A DNA stretch of 64,000 nucleotides from contig CAXIBC010000005.1 of assembly GCA_964022115.1 (NCBI GenBank), positions 686 through 64,685 of the forward strand. The letters are read 5' to 3'. Positions 46,493 through 55,770 of this stretch are shown here, one piece after another; within the stretch, counting starts at the first letter, position 1, and each line of letters starts with the position of its first letter. Below the pieces are notes generated by a model that did not search any database, was not told where the DNA came from, and worked only from the letters and a program-made list of their open reading frames with translations. Position numbers and translations under genes: made by a program. This DNA is from an uncultured Oleispira sp. (GTDB lineage Bacteria > Pseudomonadota > Gammaproteobacteria > Pseudomonadales > Oceanobacteraceae).

Positions 46493-47977
46493 ATGTATTT
46501 AGATTATTTTGGCTTAAGTCGACTGCCATTTTCCATTGCTCCAGACCCTGAATTACTTTATCTAAGTCCTTCGCATCATGAAGCATTAGCACATTTAAAT
46601 TATGCGTTAACCGCGCATGGTGGCCTCATTTGTTTAACCGGTGAAGTGGGCATGGGGAAAACCACCTTATGCCGTGCTTTCATTGATCAGGTGCCAGAAT
46701 ACGTTGATATTGCCTATATTTTCAATCCCATGCTATCAGCCCCAGAACTGCTGCAGGCCATTTGTACAGAATTAGAAATTCCGTGTGAGGCGCCATCCGG
46801 TGATAGATTATTATCCAATAAACAGCTGATCGATCGTTTATATCAATCTTTAATCGAGCGCTATGCAAATGGGCGTAAAGTCATTTGTATTATTGATGAA
46901 GCTCAGAGCATGCCAGCACCCTTGCTGGAACAAATCCGTTTACTGACCAACTTAGAAACTAACCGAGATAAGTTATTAACCCTCATATTGGTTGGTCAGC
47001 CAGAGCTTCAAGACATACTTTCGCAGCATTCAAATCGACAGCTGGATCAGCGAATTACGGCACGTTTTCACTTGCCTGTGATGAATAAAAAGCAGCTTAA
47101 ACCTTATTTACAACACCGTTTAAAGCAGGCAGGTAATGAGGATGAGCTATTTAGTAATGGTGCCATTTCAGCGATGTGGGCTGGTTCTAGCGGTATTCCT
47201 CGTTTGATTAATAGTATCGCTGATCGTGCTTTATTAGGGGCATACGCTACCAATCAAGTTAAGGCATCCAAAGCAATCACACAGCAAGCGATTAAAGAAG
47301 TGATTGGGAAAACTAATAAGCAACCTCCTAAAAATTCAACTGTGAAAAGCTTCATAGGTTTAGTAGTGATCGCTTTAGTGGGTATGTCAGTATTTTTTCA
47401 ATCGGATTTAGCTCAGCAAAAGAGGATTATGGTCAGTGAGTTGTGGGGGCTGAATCCGTATCGGGCATTAGCACAAGAGAAGGGTCTTGATAGTAACTCA
47501 GTAGATTTGGATAACTGCGATAGTATTGAAAAGAATAGTGAGTTTGCCTGCTTGATGTTGGATTGGTCGTTAGCTGAATTGAAAACCTTAAAACAACCAT
47601 TAGCTATCTATAATGGCAGCAGTTGGCAGCTGGCCGATGCGCAACAACTAACATCTAAGCCTCAGCAAAGCCTTATTTTATGGCAACCGATAGAGGGGTT
47701 CGAATCACCTATTAGGCCAGGAGAATCTCATGGTTTAATTGCTTGGGTGAGGGAAGTTTTGGTCCATGAGTCGGTATTGAGTGGATGGCAGGTCATTGCA
47801 CCGGGTGGTGCGGAGAAGCATGATTTTAATACCTATTATGATCCAATCTTAGCGCAGAAAGTGGCTGATTTTCAGTTAGCTTCGGGGTTAAAGCCTGATC
47901 GCATTATTGGATTAAAAACCCTGCTGGCGTTACAGGTTAAGAGTCAGAAAACGCTTGCATCAGGTGAGGAAGAATAG
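46493..47977 (+). CDS. ExeA/GspA-like AAA ATPase with a C-terminal peptidoglycan-binding domain
   Basis: YLDYFGLSRLPFSIAPDP..., Walker A GEVGMGKTT, Walker B IIDEAQ, one TM segment. The C-terminal VADFQLASGLKPDRIIGLKTLLAL is PG_binding_1-like. Confidence 0.85.
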   Translation: MYLDYFGLSRLPFSIAPDPELLYLSPSHHEALAHLNYALTAHGGLICLTGEVGMGKTTLCRAFIDQVPEYVDIAYIFNPMLSAPELLQAICTELEIPCEAPSGDRLLSNKQLIDRLYQSLIERYANGRKVICIIDEAQSMPAPLLEQIRLLTNLETNRDKLLTLILVGQPELQDILSQHSNRQLDQRITARFHLPVMNKKQLKPYLQHRLKQAGNEDELFSNGAISAMWAGSSGIPRLINSIADRALLGAYATNQVKASKAITQQAIKEVIGKTNKQPPKNSTVKSFIGLVVIALVGMSVFFQSDLAQQKRIMVSELWGLNPYRALAQEKGLDSNSVDLDNCDSIEKNSEFACLMLDWSLAELKTLKQPLAIYNGSSWQLADAQQLTSKPQQSLILWQPIEGFESPIRPGESHGLIAWVREVLVHESVLSGWQVIAPGGAEKHDFNTYYDPILAQKVADFQLASGLKPDRIIGLKTLLALQVKSQKTLASGEEE

Positions 47978-48586
47978 ATGTCTTATATTTTACAGGCACT
48001 TAAAAAATCTGAGCAGGAGCGAGAGCTTGCAACGCAGGAGACGATAGTACTGGTCAAGCAACCGAATATTGCGAGCGCACAAGAGCAGCAGGTTGTGGGC
48101 GAGCGGCTTGAGGGGCCTAGCGAGCGTCGGGGTATTATAATGACTCCATTGTCGCGCTATCTTGGGGTCGGAGCTTTTGCCCTGATATTATTACTCCTTT
48201 TTGGTTACCTGCAGCAACCGCGCATACAGCAAGAAATCAAAGAAGCAGCCGTAGTGAAACCGGTCGTAGCAAAACCAGTCGTAGCAAAACCAGTCGTAGC
48301 AATCAAAGAAACAGCCGTAGTGAAACCGGCCGTGATAAGCCCGGTCATTCCAGCAGGGCAAGCTTCTATCAGTACCCAGTCTTTAATTCCTAATCTAGAT
48401 ATTAGCAGTCACATATACAGTTCACTGCCAAATCGCCGGAGTATCGTGATTAATGGAGAACGATTAGTTGAGGCTGATTTTATCACTCCACGTATTCGGA
48501 TTAAGGAAATTACTCATCATGGTATGGTGATTGAGGTTGATGGCTCGCCATTATTGATTGATCGCAGTCGTGGTTGGAGTCGCTAA
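47978..48586 (+). CDS. GspB/ExeB-like protein
   Basis: MSYILQALKKSEQER is the typical GspB N-terminus. One TM segment. Immediately follows the ExeA-like gene. Contains a (VVAKP)x3 repeat. Confidence 0.7.
   Translation: MSYILQALKKSEQERELATQETIVLVKQPNIASAQEQQVVGERLEGPSERRGIIMTPLSRYLGVGAFALILLLLFGYLQQPRIQQEIKEAAVVKPVVAKPVVAKPVVAIKETAVVKPAVISPVIPAGQASISTQSLIPNLDISSHIYSSLPNRRSIVINGERLVEADFITPRIRIKEITHHGMVIEVDGSPLLIDRSRGWSR
48234..48329 (+). repeat. Nested in-frame repeats in the gspB-like gene: 15-nt unit (gtcgtagcaaaacca) x3, flanked by a duplicated 28-nt segment (atcaaagaaRcagccgtagtgaaaccgg)
   Basis: Read directly. The protein reads IKEAAVVKPVVAKPVVAKPVVAIKETAVVKP. Confidence 0.9.
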
Positions 48587-48587
48587 T

Positions 48588-50684
48588 ATGCTGTCGCAGA
48601 AGTCGAAAGATGAAATCCAAGGGTTGTACCGCAAGTTAGTTGAGAAAATGAAGCTGACACCACGCTATGGGCAGCGGGTAATGATTGCAGAGATCGCCAA
48701 ATCTTTAGGTGCAATTGTTGAAGACGATAAAGAAGAGCGCTCAAACGATGCGGGTATTGTGGTGGTCGAGGCGGGTACGGGCACCGGGAAAACCTTAGCC
48801 TACCTTACCGCAACCTTGCCGATGGCGATGGCGGCAGAAAAGAAGTTATTAATTTCTACAGCAACCATTGCTTTGCAAGAACAGATTTTGGATAAGGATA
48901 TTCCTGCTTTTCGTAAAAACTCCGAAATACCTTTTAAGTATGCATTGGCAAAAGGTCGTGGCCGCTACTTATGCTTGGTTAAGCTGGATAAGGCCTTGCA
49001 ACAGATTTCCGGCCTACTTTCTACGGTGGACCTGTTTGATCAAGCACCAGAAGCCGCGGACCAAGCCTTGTATGAAGAGCTATTATCATCCTATGGTCGA
49101 GGGGATTGGAATGGTGATAAGGATCGCCTTGATTATGAAATTGAGCCAAGTCAATGGCGCCATTTAACCGCGACCCATAGAGAGTGCTCGAATCGTCGCT
49201 GTGAACAGTTCCAAAATTGTGCTTTTTATAAGGCCAGAGCTGAGCTGGATAGCGCAGATATTATTGTTGCCAATCACGATCTTGTTTTATCCGACCTTGT
49301 TTTGGGAGGGGGCGCTGTATTACCTCCACCGGAGAAGTTAATTTATGTTTTTGATGAAGGTCATCACCTAGCGGATAAAGCCCTTAATCACTTTAAAGTT
49401 GAAATAGGGGTCAGGGCGCAGCGTCAATGGCTTAAGCAGTTAGAAAAAGCCATGGAGCAATTGGTCACTCAAGGGGGTATCCCTAATTCGATGATGCACA
49501 GTATTCGTAGTGCACCGGAACAAATTAATGAGTGCTTGCAGGCCTTGACGTTTATCTGGCCTATGGTGCAAGAAATGCTCGCTGAACAAGAGCGTTTGCG
49601 ATTTGAATTTGGCCGTGTACCGGATGAGTTGAAGGCCTTATTACAAAACCTTAAAACCCCCTTGCAGCCTTTAATGCAGTGTTTGGATAAATTAAATGAA
49701 GCTTTGCAAAAGTCGCTTGATCCAAAAGAGGAAGGTGAGTTCGAACGTTCGGTCGCTGAAAGTTTTCAAGCGCCGATTGGTATTTTATTTTCTCGTGCTG
49801 AAATTCTTTGGGATGGATTGATTTGGTTATTGGCGGAAGAAGCCGCTGATGTGACGCCTTATGCGCGCTGGATGAGTAAAGCCCCGTATGGTGATGATTG
49901 GGATATTCAGTTATGTGTTTCTCCAATTAGAGTTGCCGAGCAGTTGCGTAAAAACTTATGGTGGCGTTGTTATGGTGCCGTTATTACCTCGGCCACATTA
50001 ACAGCGTTAAATACCTTTAACCAAATCGCGATAGAAACCGGCTTGCCGAAATGGGCTAATTTTCAGCAGGTCGTTTCTCCTTTTGATTATCCTAATCTAG
50101 GAACGATCCGGGTGCCTCAGCTGCAGCATAATCCGAAAGCGGAGGGTTATCAGGAAGAAATTAATGAGTGGCTCAAAAATAATATTAACTTAGCGGAAGG
50201 CAGTTTGGTGCTTTTTAGCTCCCGCGCGCAAATGAAGGCTTGTAACGATGCACTTTACCCTTTGTGGCGGGATGAGTTATTAGTGCAAGGCTTTTTACCC
50301 AAATCTGAAATTGTTAAGCGCCACCAAGGGCGTATTGATGAAGGTAAAGGGGGGGTGATCTTTGGTTTAGCCAGTTTTGCTGAAGGCATAGATTTACCCG
50401 GTGATTATTTAACTCATGTGGTGATCGTAAAGATACCTTTTGCTGTTCCTGATGATCCCATTCAGGCGGCCACCAGCGAATGGATGGAAAGTCAGGGGCG
50501 TAATCCTTTTATGGAGTTAACCTTACCAGCCGCATCCGTTCGCTTAGTTCAGGCCGCAGGGCGTTTAATTCGCAAAGAAGAAGATGTCGGTGTGATCAGT
50601 ATTCTAGATAAGCGCATTGTTGCGAGTCGATATGGCGGCTTATTATTGGATGCTTTACCGCCTTTTAAGCGACAGCTGTATTGA
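48588..50684 (+). CDS. dinG: ATP-dependent DNA helicase DinG (XPD-family, Fe-S)
   Basis: Walker A EAGTGTGKTLAYL, Cys cluster (CLVKL, ECSNRRCEQFQNC), DEGH box VFDEGHHL, C-terminal QAAGRLIR. ATG at 48588 just after the gspB stop; the track ORF starts at 48558 inside gspB. Confidence 0.9.
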   Translation: MLSQKSKDEIQGLYRKLVEKMKLTPRYGQRVMIAEIAKSLGAIVEDDKEERSNDAGIVVVEAGTGTGKTLAYLTATLPMAMAAEKKLLISTATIALQEQILDKDIPAFRKNSEIPFKYALAKGRGRYLCLVKLDKALQQISGLLSTVDLFDQAPEAADQALYEELLSSYGRGDWNGDKDRLDYEIEPSQWRHLTATHRECSNRRCEQFQNCAFYKARAELDSADIIVANHDLVLSDLVLGGGAVLPPPEKLIYVFDEGHHLADKALNHFKVEIGVRAQRQWLKQLEKAMEQLVTQGGIPNSMMHSIRSAPEQINECLQALTFIWPMVQEMLAEQERLRFEFGRVPDELKALLQNLKTPLQPLMQCLDKLNEALQKSLDPKEEGEFERSVAESFQAPIGILFSRAEILWDGLIWLLAEEAADVTPYARWMSKAPYGDDWDIQLCVSPIRVAEQLRKNLWWRCYGAVITSATLTALNTFNQIAIETGLPKWANFQQVVSPFDYPNLGTIRVPQLQHNPKAEGYQEEINEWLKNNINLAEGSLVLFSSRAQMKACNDALYPLWRDELLVQGFLPKSEIVKRHQGRIDEGKGGVIFGLASFAEGIDLPGDYLTHVVIVKIPFAVPDDPIQAATSEWMESQGRNPFMELTLPAASVRLVQAAGRLIRKEEDVGVISILDKRIVASRYGGLLLDALPPFKRQLY

Positions 50685-50708
50685 GAAGGTTAAATGTATT
50701 TAGGTTGC

Positions 50709-50741
50709 AAAAAAATACCCGCATTAGCGGGTATTTTTTTA
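50709..50741. terminator. Bidirectional rho-independent terminator between dinG and the convergent hydrolase gene
   Basis: aaaaaa, then atacccgc (50715-50722), loop atta, gcgggtat (50727-50734), then ttttttt. The A-run and T-run flank the stem. Confidence 0.85.
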
Positions 50742-50762
50742 ACAAGCAGTCAATGGCTGAGA

Positions 50763-52031
50763 TTACGCTAGGCGTAAATTTGCGCTTATTGACTCTGTGC
50801 TATGGGGATTAAATTCATTAACCGTTTCAAGAAGATCAATCAGTTCATCGGCGGCTTTAACATCACGTTGTATCAAGATACAGCGTAAATTTTTCTGATT
50901 GCGTTCCATAATACGAACATGGAAATGGTTACTCAAGCCGGCAATTTTCAGTTGTAAACCTTTGGAGCTTTCAGACAAGGTTAAATCGCTATGGTTCAAA
51001 TTAATCTGGCAGCCAGAGAAGTTGATATCGACAATACGAATGTTATGTTCTATGCCTGTGGTTTCGTCAACTAAAATAGCTTGGTCATCATCAAGGTTTA
51101 AGCGAGGTTGCAAGCGACGCTCTTGGGCATAGTAGTTCGACGCTATAGGTAGGTGCGTACCATCAATGCCGGTAATGCTTTCTGCCTTGATAAAGCGGTA
51201 AAACAACTCAGACGTGACATCGCGTCGTTCAAATTGAGATAAGTGATCGGCATCTTCAATAACGGCAAACTGTGCATCGCTACAGTTGGCAGCAAATGCG
51301 GCGTTTTCTTCCGGTAAAGTAAAGTTGTCGTATTCCCCTGTCGCCACAAGCGTTGGACAGGTTGGAAATTTAGTGAAGCCATCAAAGCGTAATAAGCGCT
51401 GAGTATTTTGTGCGTAACGCAACTGCTCGTTATCGTTTAAACGCACAACTTGACGATATAATAAACGGCGATAGGTTTTACCCACCTCAGTTTCTTGCAT
51501 GCGATTATGATTGATCAAGTTAGAGACGGCGGTGGTCGCAAAGGCTTTTAATTCCCCTTGGGCAAGCAGGTCTAATGAATCTTCCAATAAGGTCACTAGG
51601 GTTTCACGGCGAAAACAGGTAATGCCTGAAACTAATAATCGTTGCACAAAATTAGGGTATTCGGCGGCAAATAAGGTTGCCATGGCGGAACCATAGCTTA
51701 TGCCAACCATAATAACCTGTTCAATGCCTTGGGTTTCAAAGAAGCCCTTTAATAGAGGCGAAAAATCTTTTAATTCAAGCTCTGGAACCAGCTGGTCATT
51801 ACTTCCTTGAGAGGGCAGGTCTAATAAAATAACAGGGTGTGTTTCATAGACCAGTTCAACTTCTGTCTTAAAAGAAGTGAAACTCTGGAAAGCACCGCCT
51901 AAAAAGACGACGGGAGTCTTGTCCAAATTTTCTGGTTGAGAAAATAATTGGAATTCAAGCTTATAACGTCCAATCATTTGGATGCAGGGGGCTTGCTTTA
52001 GACTGTTTGATTCGAATGTAGAAAACTGCAT
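50763..52031 (-). CDS. Alpha/beta-hydrolase fused to a C-terminal PilZ-like domain
   Basis: The N-terminal ~300 aa carry the nucleophile elbow GISYGS and the His region EDADHLSQFE. The C-terminal ~110 aa carry RRLQPR (RxxxR) and DINFSGCQI (a variant of D/NxSxxG). Start chosen at M17 (ATG at 52031). Confidence 0.65.
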   Translation of the reverse strand: MQFSTFESNSLKQAPCIQMIGRYKLEFQLFSQPENLDKTPVVFLGGAFQSFTSFKTEVELVYETHPVILLDLPSQGSNDQLVPELELKDFSPLLKGFFETQGIEQVIMVGISYGSAMATLFAAEYPNFVQRLLVSGITCFRRETLVTLLEDSLDLLAQGELKAFATTAVSNLINHNRMQETEVGKTYRRLLYRQVVRLNDNEQLRYAQNTQRLLRFDGFTKFPTCPTLVATGEYDNFTLPEENAAFAANCSDAQFAVIEDADHLSQFERRDVTSELFYRFIKAESITGIDGTHLPIASNYYAQERRLQPRLNLDDDQAILVDETTGIEHNIRIVDINFSGCQINLNHSDLTLSESSKGLQLKIAGLSNHFHVRIMERNQKNLRCILIQRDVKAADELIDLLETVNEFNPHSTESISANLRLA

Positions 52032-52197
52032 GGGCAATCTCAACTTCATTATTCTTATTGTGCAAATAGTATGCTTCATTTATAGACATATATCTACTGG
52101 TGTAGCATAACTTTACTAAAATAACAGAATTGAAAATGGAGCTGTGTAAGTCCTTGAAATATATGGATATTTTATATTTTTTATGGGGAATTCATTA

Positions 52198-52221
52198 TTC
52201 GGACCAAGGGTTTGGCCCGAA
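52198..52221 (-). terminator. Hairpin downstream of the 52247-52915 gene (possible terminator)
   Basis: ttcggaccaa / ttggcccgaa: a 10-bp stem with one mismatch and a 4-nt loop. There is no clear U-run on the minus strand. Confidence 0.3.
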
Positions 52222-52246
52222 TTGAGGTTAATTATTTAATGATTTT

Positions 52247-52915
52247 CTACCTAGGAAGGTTGATCGTATATTCAATATTAGAAGGTGTGATATTAACCCC
52301 GATTTCGCCATTCGGGCTAGCAACTTGCTGCGACCTTATATTTCCAGCATTTGGAATATTAATGGTAAAAGAGCTATCCGTTGTTTGATAGCTAGATCCG
52401 GCGGGAATATTTCCTTGGTTGGCAGGTTGCAGATTGGGTAAGAAAGGCAAGGTCGTAAGGTCGATCGGCTTGCCATCTATTACACCTTGCTGGCTGCCAT
52501 AATTAGAGCGTATCAGTTCAAGGGCTTCTTCTGATGCGGGCAGGGTTATAAATTCTGTTGTCGTAGGCGGTAATTGCGGCGCTATACTATTTTCTAATGC
52601 CCACTGGTTGTTAAGATCGTCATAGGTCGATAGCTCATGACTAATTGTGCTTGTCGTACTGGTTTGATCTTCTGGCACAGACTGTGTGGTTTGCTCTAGC
52701 GGAGTTACTTTTAACGTAACCGGTATCGTCGTCGTTACTTCGCGCAACTTTTTTGGACGCACGATAACCGTTGTATCTTTAATATAAGTATCGGTTAACT
52801 CTTCTTGGGTGAGGGTGCTAATTTCAGCGAATGCGGCCTCACTACCTAATAATGAAAATGGCAGTAATAGGTATTTTGCGAATAAAAGAGATTTGTTTTT
52901 CATGCGTTTTTTCAT
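52247..52915 (-). CDS. Secreted Thr/Ser/Gln-rich protein of unknown function
   Basis: MKKRMKNKSLLFAKYLLLPFSLLGSEAAFA signal peptide, then a low-complexity T/S/Q/P-rich sequence. The start is uncertain (52939, 52915 or 52903). Confidence 0.5.
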   Translation of the reverse strand: MKKRMKNKSLLFAKYLLLPFSLLGSEAAFAEISTLTQEELTDTYIKDTTVIVRPKKLREVTTTIPVTLKVTPLEQTTQSVPEDQTSTTSTISHELSTYDDLNNQWALENSIAPQLPPTTTEFITLPASEEALELIRSNYGSQQGVIDGKPIDLTTLPFLPNLQPANQGNIPAGSSYQTTDSSFTINIPNAGNIRSQQVASPNGEIGVNITPSNIEYTINLPR

Positions 52916-53120
52916 ATTAATTCCATGCGTAAATAGCATTGGTGTGTAAATATCTTAGCTTAGGCTATATAAGAATCAAGTGCGTTTACGCCAAGTTGAC
53001 ATCTATAATAACGTGATCATTTGTGGTTAGCTGCAGAATCATTTCTTTCATCGTAAAAATCAATAAAATCCGTTGCTTAGGATGATAGCGCTTCTAAAGC
53101 AGCTGTGGTTTAATCCGCCC

Positions 53121-54362
53121 ATGAAAAAATCATTACCTCTCTTAATCGGCTTTCGCTATCTAGCGGCTAAGCGTCGAAACCACTTTATCTCTTTTATCTC
53201 TGCATCGTCTATGGTCGGTATGACTTTAGGGGTAGCGGTACTGATATTAGTATTATCTGTTATGAACGGCTTTGATCGCGAATTGCGTGAGCGAATCCTA
53301 GGCATGATTCCCCATGGCATTATTTATGAGCGTGGTGGCGTGCAAGACTGGCGAACCTTAGCCAAAGAGGTTGAGCAGTTTCCTGGAGTTGTGGCGGCGG
53401 CGCCATTGACTCGACTGCAAGGCATGATGGCTTATCAAGGCCGCGTGCAAGGCGCTATGGTGACGGGGATTGAACCCACTGCGGAAGCGCGAGTATCGAT
53501 ATTACCCAATCATATTGTTGATGGTGAATTGCTTTCTTTGACCTCCGGCGGGTTTAACGTTGTGATGGGCGAAATTCTTGCTAGTCGACTGAATTTGGTT
53601 ATCGGCGATAAGGTCACCTTAATGTTACCTGAAGCGACCTTGTCACCAGCAGGTATCTTACCTCGGATAAAGCGCTTAACCGTTACGGGGATTTTCTCTG
53701 TGGGTGCTGAGCTGGATGCTAATCTGGCTATCATTCATATTGAAGATGCACGCAAGCTCGCCCGTTTAGCGGGGGAAGCACAAGCATTGCGGATTAAAAC
53801 CGAGGATTTGTTTACCGCCCCTAACTTGGTTTGGAAATTAGTTAGCCAAGTAGATGGTATCTATTCTGGCAGTGATTGGACTCGAACCCATGGCAATTTA
53901 TTCCAAGCGATTAAAATGGAAAAAACCATGATTGGTTTGTTGTTATTAATTATTGTTGCGGTAGCCGCCTTTAATATCATTTCTACCTTAGTGATGGTTG
54001 TCACCGATAAACAAGCCGACATTGCCATATTGCGAACTATGGGGGCGACGCCAAGAACAATCTTACAGATATTTATGGTGCAAGGGCTTGCCATTGGTGT
54101 CGTGGGCGTGGCTTTGGGCACGGTATTGGGGATTATTTCTGCGTTAACCATTTCCAATATTATTGCGTGGATTGAGAGAATATCGGATATGCAGTTCTTG
54201 AGTGGTGATGTGTACTTTATTAGTTACTTACCCTCACAGCTTCTGTGGACGGATGTGGCTATGATAACTTCCAGCGCTCTTTTATTAAGCTTTCTAGCCA
54301 CAATATACCCTGCTGTGCGCGCGTCTAAAATTCAGCCAGCGGAGGCCTTACGCTATGAGTGA
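53121..54362 (+). CDS. lolC: Lipoprotein-releasing system permease (LolC/LolE family)
   Basis: MKKSLPLLIGFRYLAAKRRNHFISFIS is the classic LolC/E N-terminus. MacB-type topology (TM1, large periplasmic loop, FtsX-type C-terminal three TM). Overlaps lolD. Confidence 0.88.
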   Translation: MKKSLPLLIGFRYLAAKRRNHFISFISASSMVGMTLGVAVLILVLSVMNGFDRELRERILGMIPHGIIYERGGVQDWRTLAKEVEQFPGVVAAAPLTRLQGMMAYQGRVQGAMVTGIEPTAEARVSILPNHIVDGELLSLTSGGFNVVMGEILASRLNLVIGDKVTLMLPEATLSPAGILPRIKRLTVTGIFSVGAELDANLAIIHIEDARKLARLAGEAQALRIKTEDLFTAPNLVWKLVSQVDGIYSGSDWTRTHGNLFQAIKMEKTMIGLLLLIIVAVAAFNIISTLVMVVTDKQADIAILRTMGATPRTILQIFMVQGLAIGVVGVALGTVLGIISALTISNIIAWIERISDMQFLSGDVYFISYLPSQLLWTDVAMITSSALLLSFLATIYPAVRASKIQPAEALRYE

Positions 54363-55035
54363 TATTATTTTAAATGCTCAGAGCTTGAGTAAAACCTATC
54401 GTACTGGGCCAGATGAAATCGTTGTATGGCGGGATGTTAATTTTCAAGTAGCGCAAGGCGAAACGATATCGATTATCGGTGCTTCGGGGTCAGGAAAAAG
54501 TACGTTATTGAATGCTTTGGGTGGATTGGATTCCATTGATAGTGGCCGAGTTGATTTGGCGGGGAATAATATTCATTCACTGGCTGAAGTTGAGCGCACT
54601 CAGTTGCGTAATCGGGATTTGGGTTTTGTTTACCAATTTCATCATTTACTGCCTGAATTCAGTGCCCTTGAAAATGTCATGATGCCCTTGTTAATTCGTG
54701 GTGAAAAAACCAAGCTAGCAAAAGCCAGTGCCTTAGCCTGTTTGGGGCAGGTTGGGTTATCACAACGAGCCGAGCATAAACCTGCGGAGCTGTCGGGTGG
54801 CGAACGTCAACGAGTAGCCATAGCGCGCGCCTTAGTCGGTAAGCCTAAGGTTGTTTTGCTTGATGAGCCTACGGGTAACCTTGATCAGCAAACCGCGCAG
54901 CAGGTCGAAGATGTATTATTAGACCTAGCCAGTTCGGTTGGTATGGCGTTTGTTATTGTAACTCATGACGAGGCGTTGGCAGGACGAGCCAATCGCCGTT
55001 ATAAGTTATTAGACAAAACTCTGATTGAGCTTTAA
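54355..55035 (+). CDS. lolD: Lipoprotein-releasing system ATP-binding protein LolD
   Basis: Walker A GASGSGKST, signature LSGGERQRVAIARAL, Walker B LLDEPTGNLD. YQFHHLLPEFSALENV is typical of LolD. Confidence 0.92.
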   Translation: MSDIILNAQSLSKTYRTGPDEIVVWRDVNFQVAQGETISIIGASGSGKSTLLNALGGLDSIDSGRVDLAGNNIHSLAEVERTQLRNRDLGFVYQFHHLLPEFSALENVMMPLLIRGEKTKLAKASALACLGQVGLSQRAEHKPAELSGGERQRVAIARALVGKPKVVLLDEPTGNLDQQTAQQVEDVLLDLASSVGMAFVIVTHDEALAGRANRRYKLLDKTLIEL

Positions 55036-55069
55036 TTGTGCGTTGATTGAGTTTTAAACAGTAAATAAT

Positions 55070-55101
55070 AAATACAGCTATTTATGGCTGTATTTATTTT
55101 T
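55070..55101. terminator. Hairpin between convergent lolD and the DUF2062 gene (probable bidirectional terminator)
   Basis: aaatacagc (55070-55078), loop tatttatg, gctgtattt (55087-55095), then attttt. Overlaps the last codons of the minus-strand gene. Confidence 0.55.
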
Positions 55102-55693
55102 GTGACTCATCCTGATCTTCTTGTTGTATATCTTTCAATATTTCTTCTTTGCTAATACTCGCCTTAGCAAGTTCTCTAGCAAGTCGTTCTCTTTTACGCT
55201 TATTCCAGTGCGAAATAATGTGCCTGCGCCATAAAATGCGGATGCTAATGTAGCCTAAAGTAGCAAAGACCAACCCAGCCAAAAAAGACCCTAAATACAG
55301 CGGTCGCCATATATCGTTTAGCTGCCCTAAAAGCGAGTCTAAACTCATTTCACTATTAAATTTACGCGCCGGTATGTCCAGTATATAAGCCCCTAAACTA
55401 TAGGTAGCATAAAACAGAGGTGGCATAGTAATCGGATTGCTGAGCCATACTAGGCCAACGGATATCGGTAGGTTTGAATTAAAATAAAAGGCCAATATAC
55501 CCGCTAACGCCATTTGGAAGGGCATAGGAATAAAGGCACAGAAAATTCCAATAAAGAAAGCCTGGGCTACTGAGCGGCGATTTAAATGCCAAAGTTTTGG
55601 CTTACCCATTAGAGGCGCTAAAAATGAAAGCGACTTGTTTTGGCGCACTTGTTCTGGGGTTGGAAATAGCTTTTGTAACTTTTTCTTTGGCAT
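55094..55693 (-). CDS. DUF2062-family membrane protein
   Basis: 199 aa. The N-terminal ...WHLNRRSVAQAFFIGIFCAFIPMPFQM..., three or four TM segments and a basic/acidic C-terminal tail match my recollection of DUF2062. It occupies the same position next to comEC as in Pseudomonas. Confidence 0.6.
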   Translation of the reverse strand: MPKKKLQKLFPTPEQVRQNKSLSFLAPLMGKPKLWHLNRRSVAQAFFIGIFCAFIPMPFQMALAGILAFYFNSNLPISVGLVWLSNPITMPPLFYATYSLGAYILDIPARKFNSEMSLDSLLGQLNDIWRPLYLGSFLAGLVFATLGYISIRILWRRHIISHWNKRKRERLARELAKASISKEEILKDIQQEDQDESQK

Positions 55694-55770
55694 TTGATCA
55701 ATTCTTTTGTGGTTTCAGCTGTATCTGCCATGCTGATTAATGGGCTGAATTATGCCCACTAAGAGCTGAG

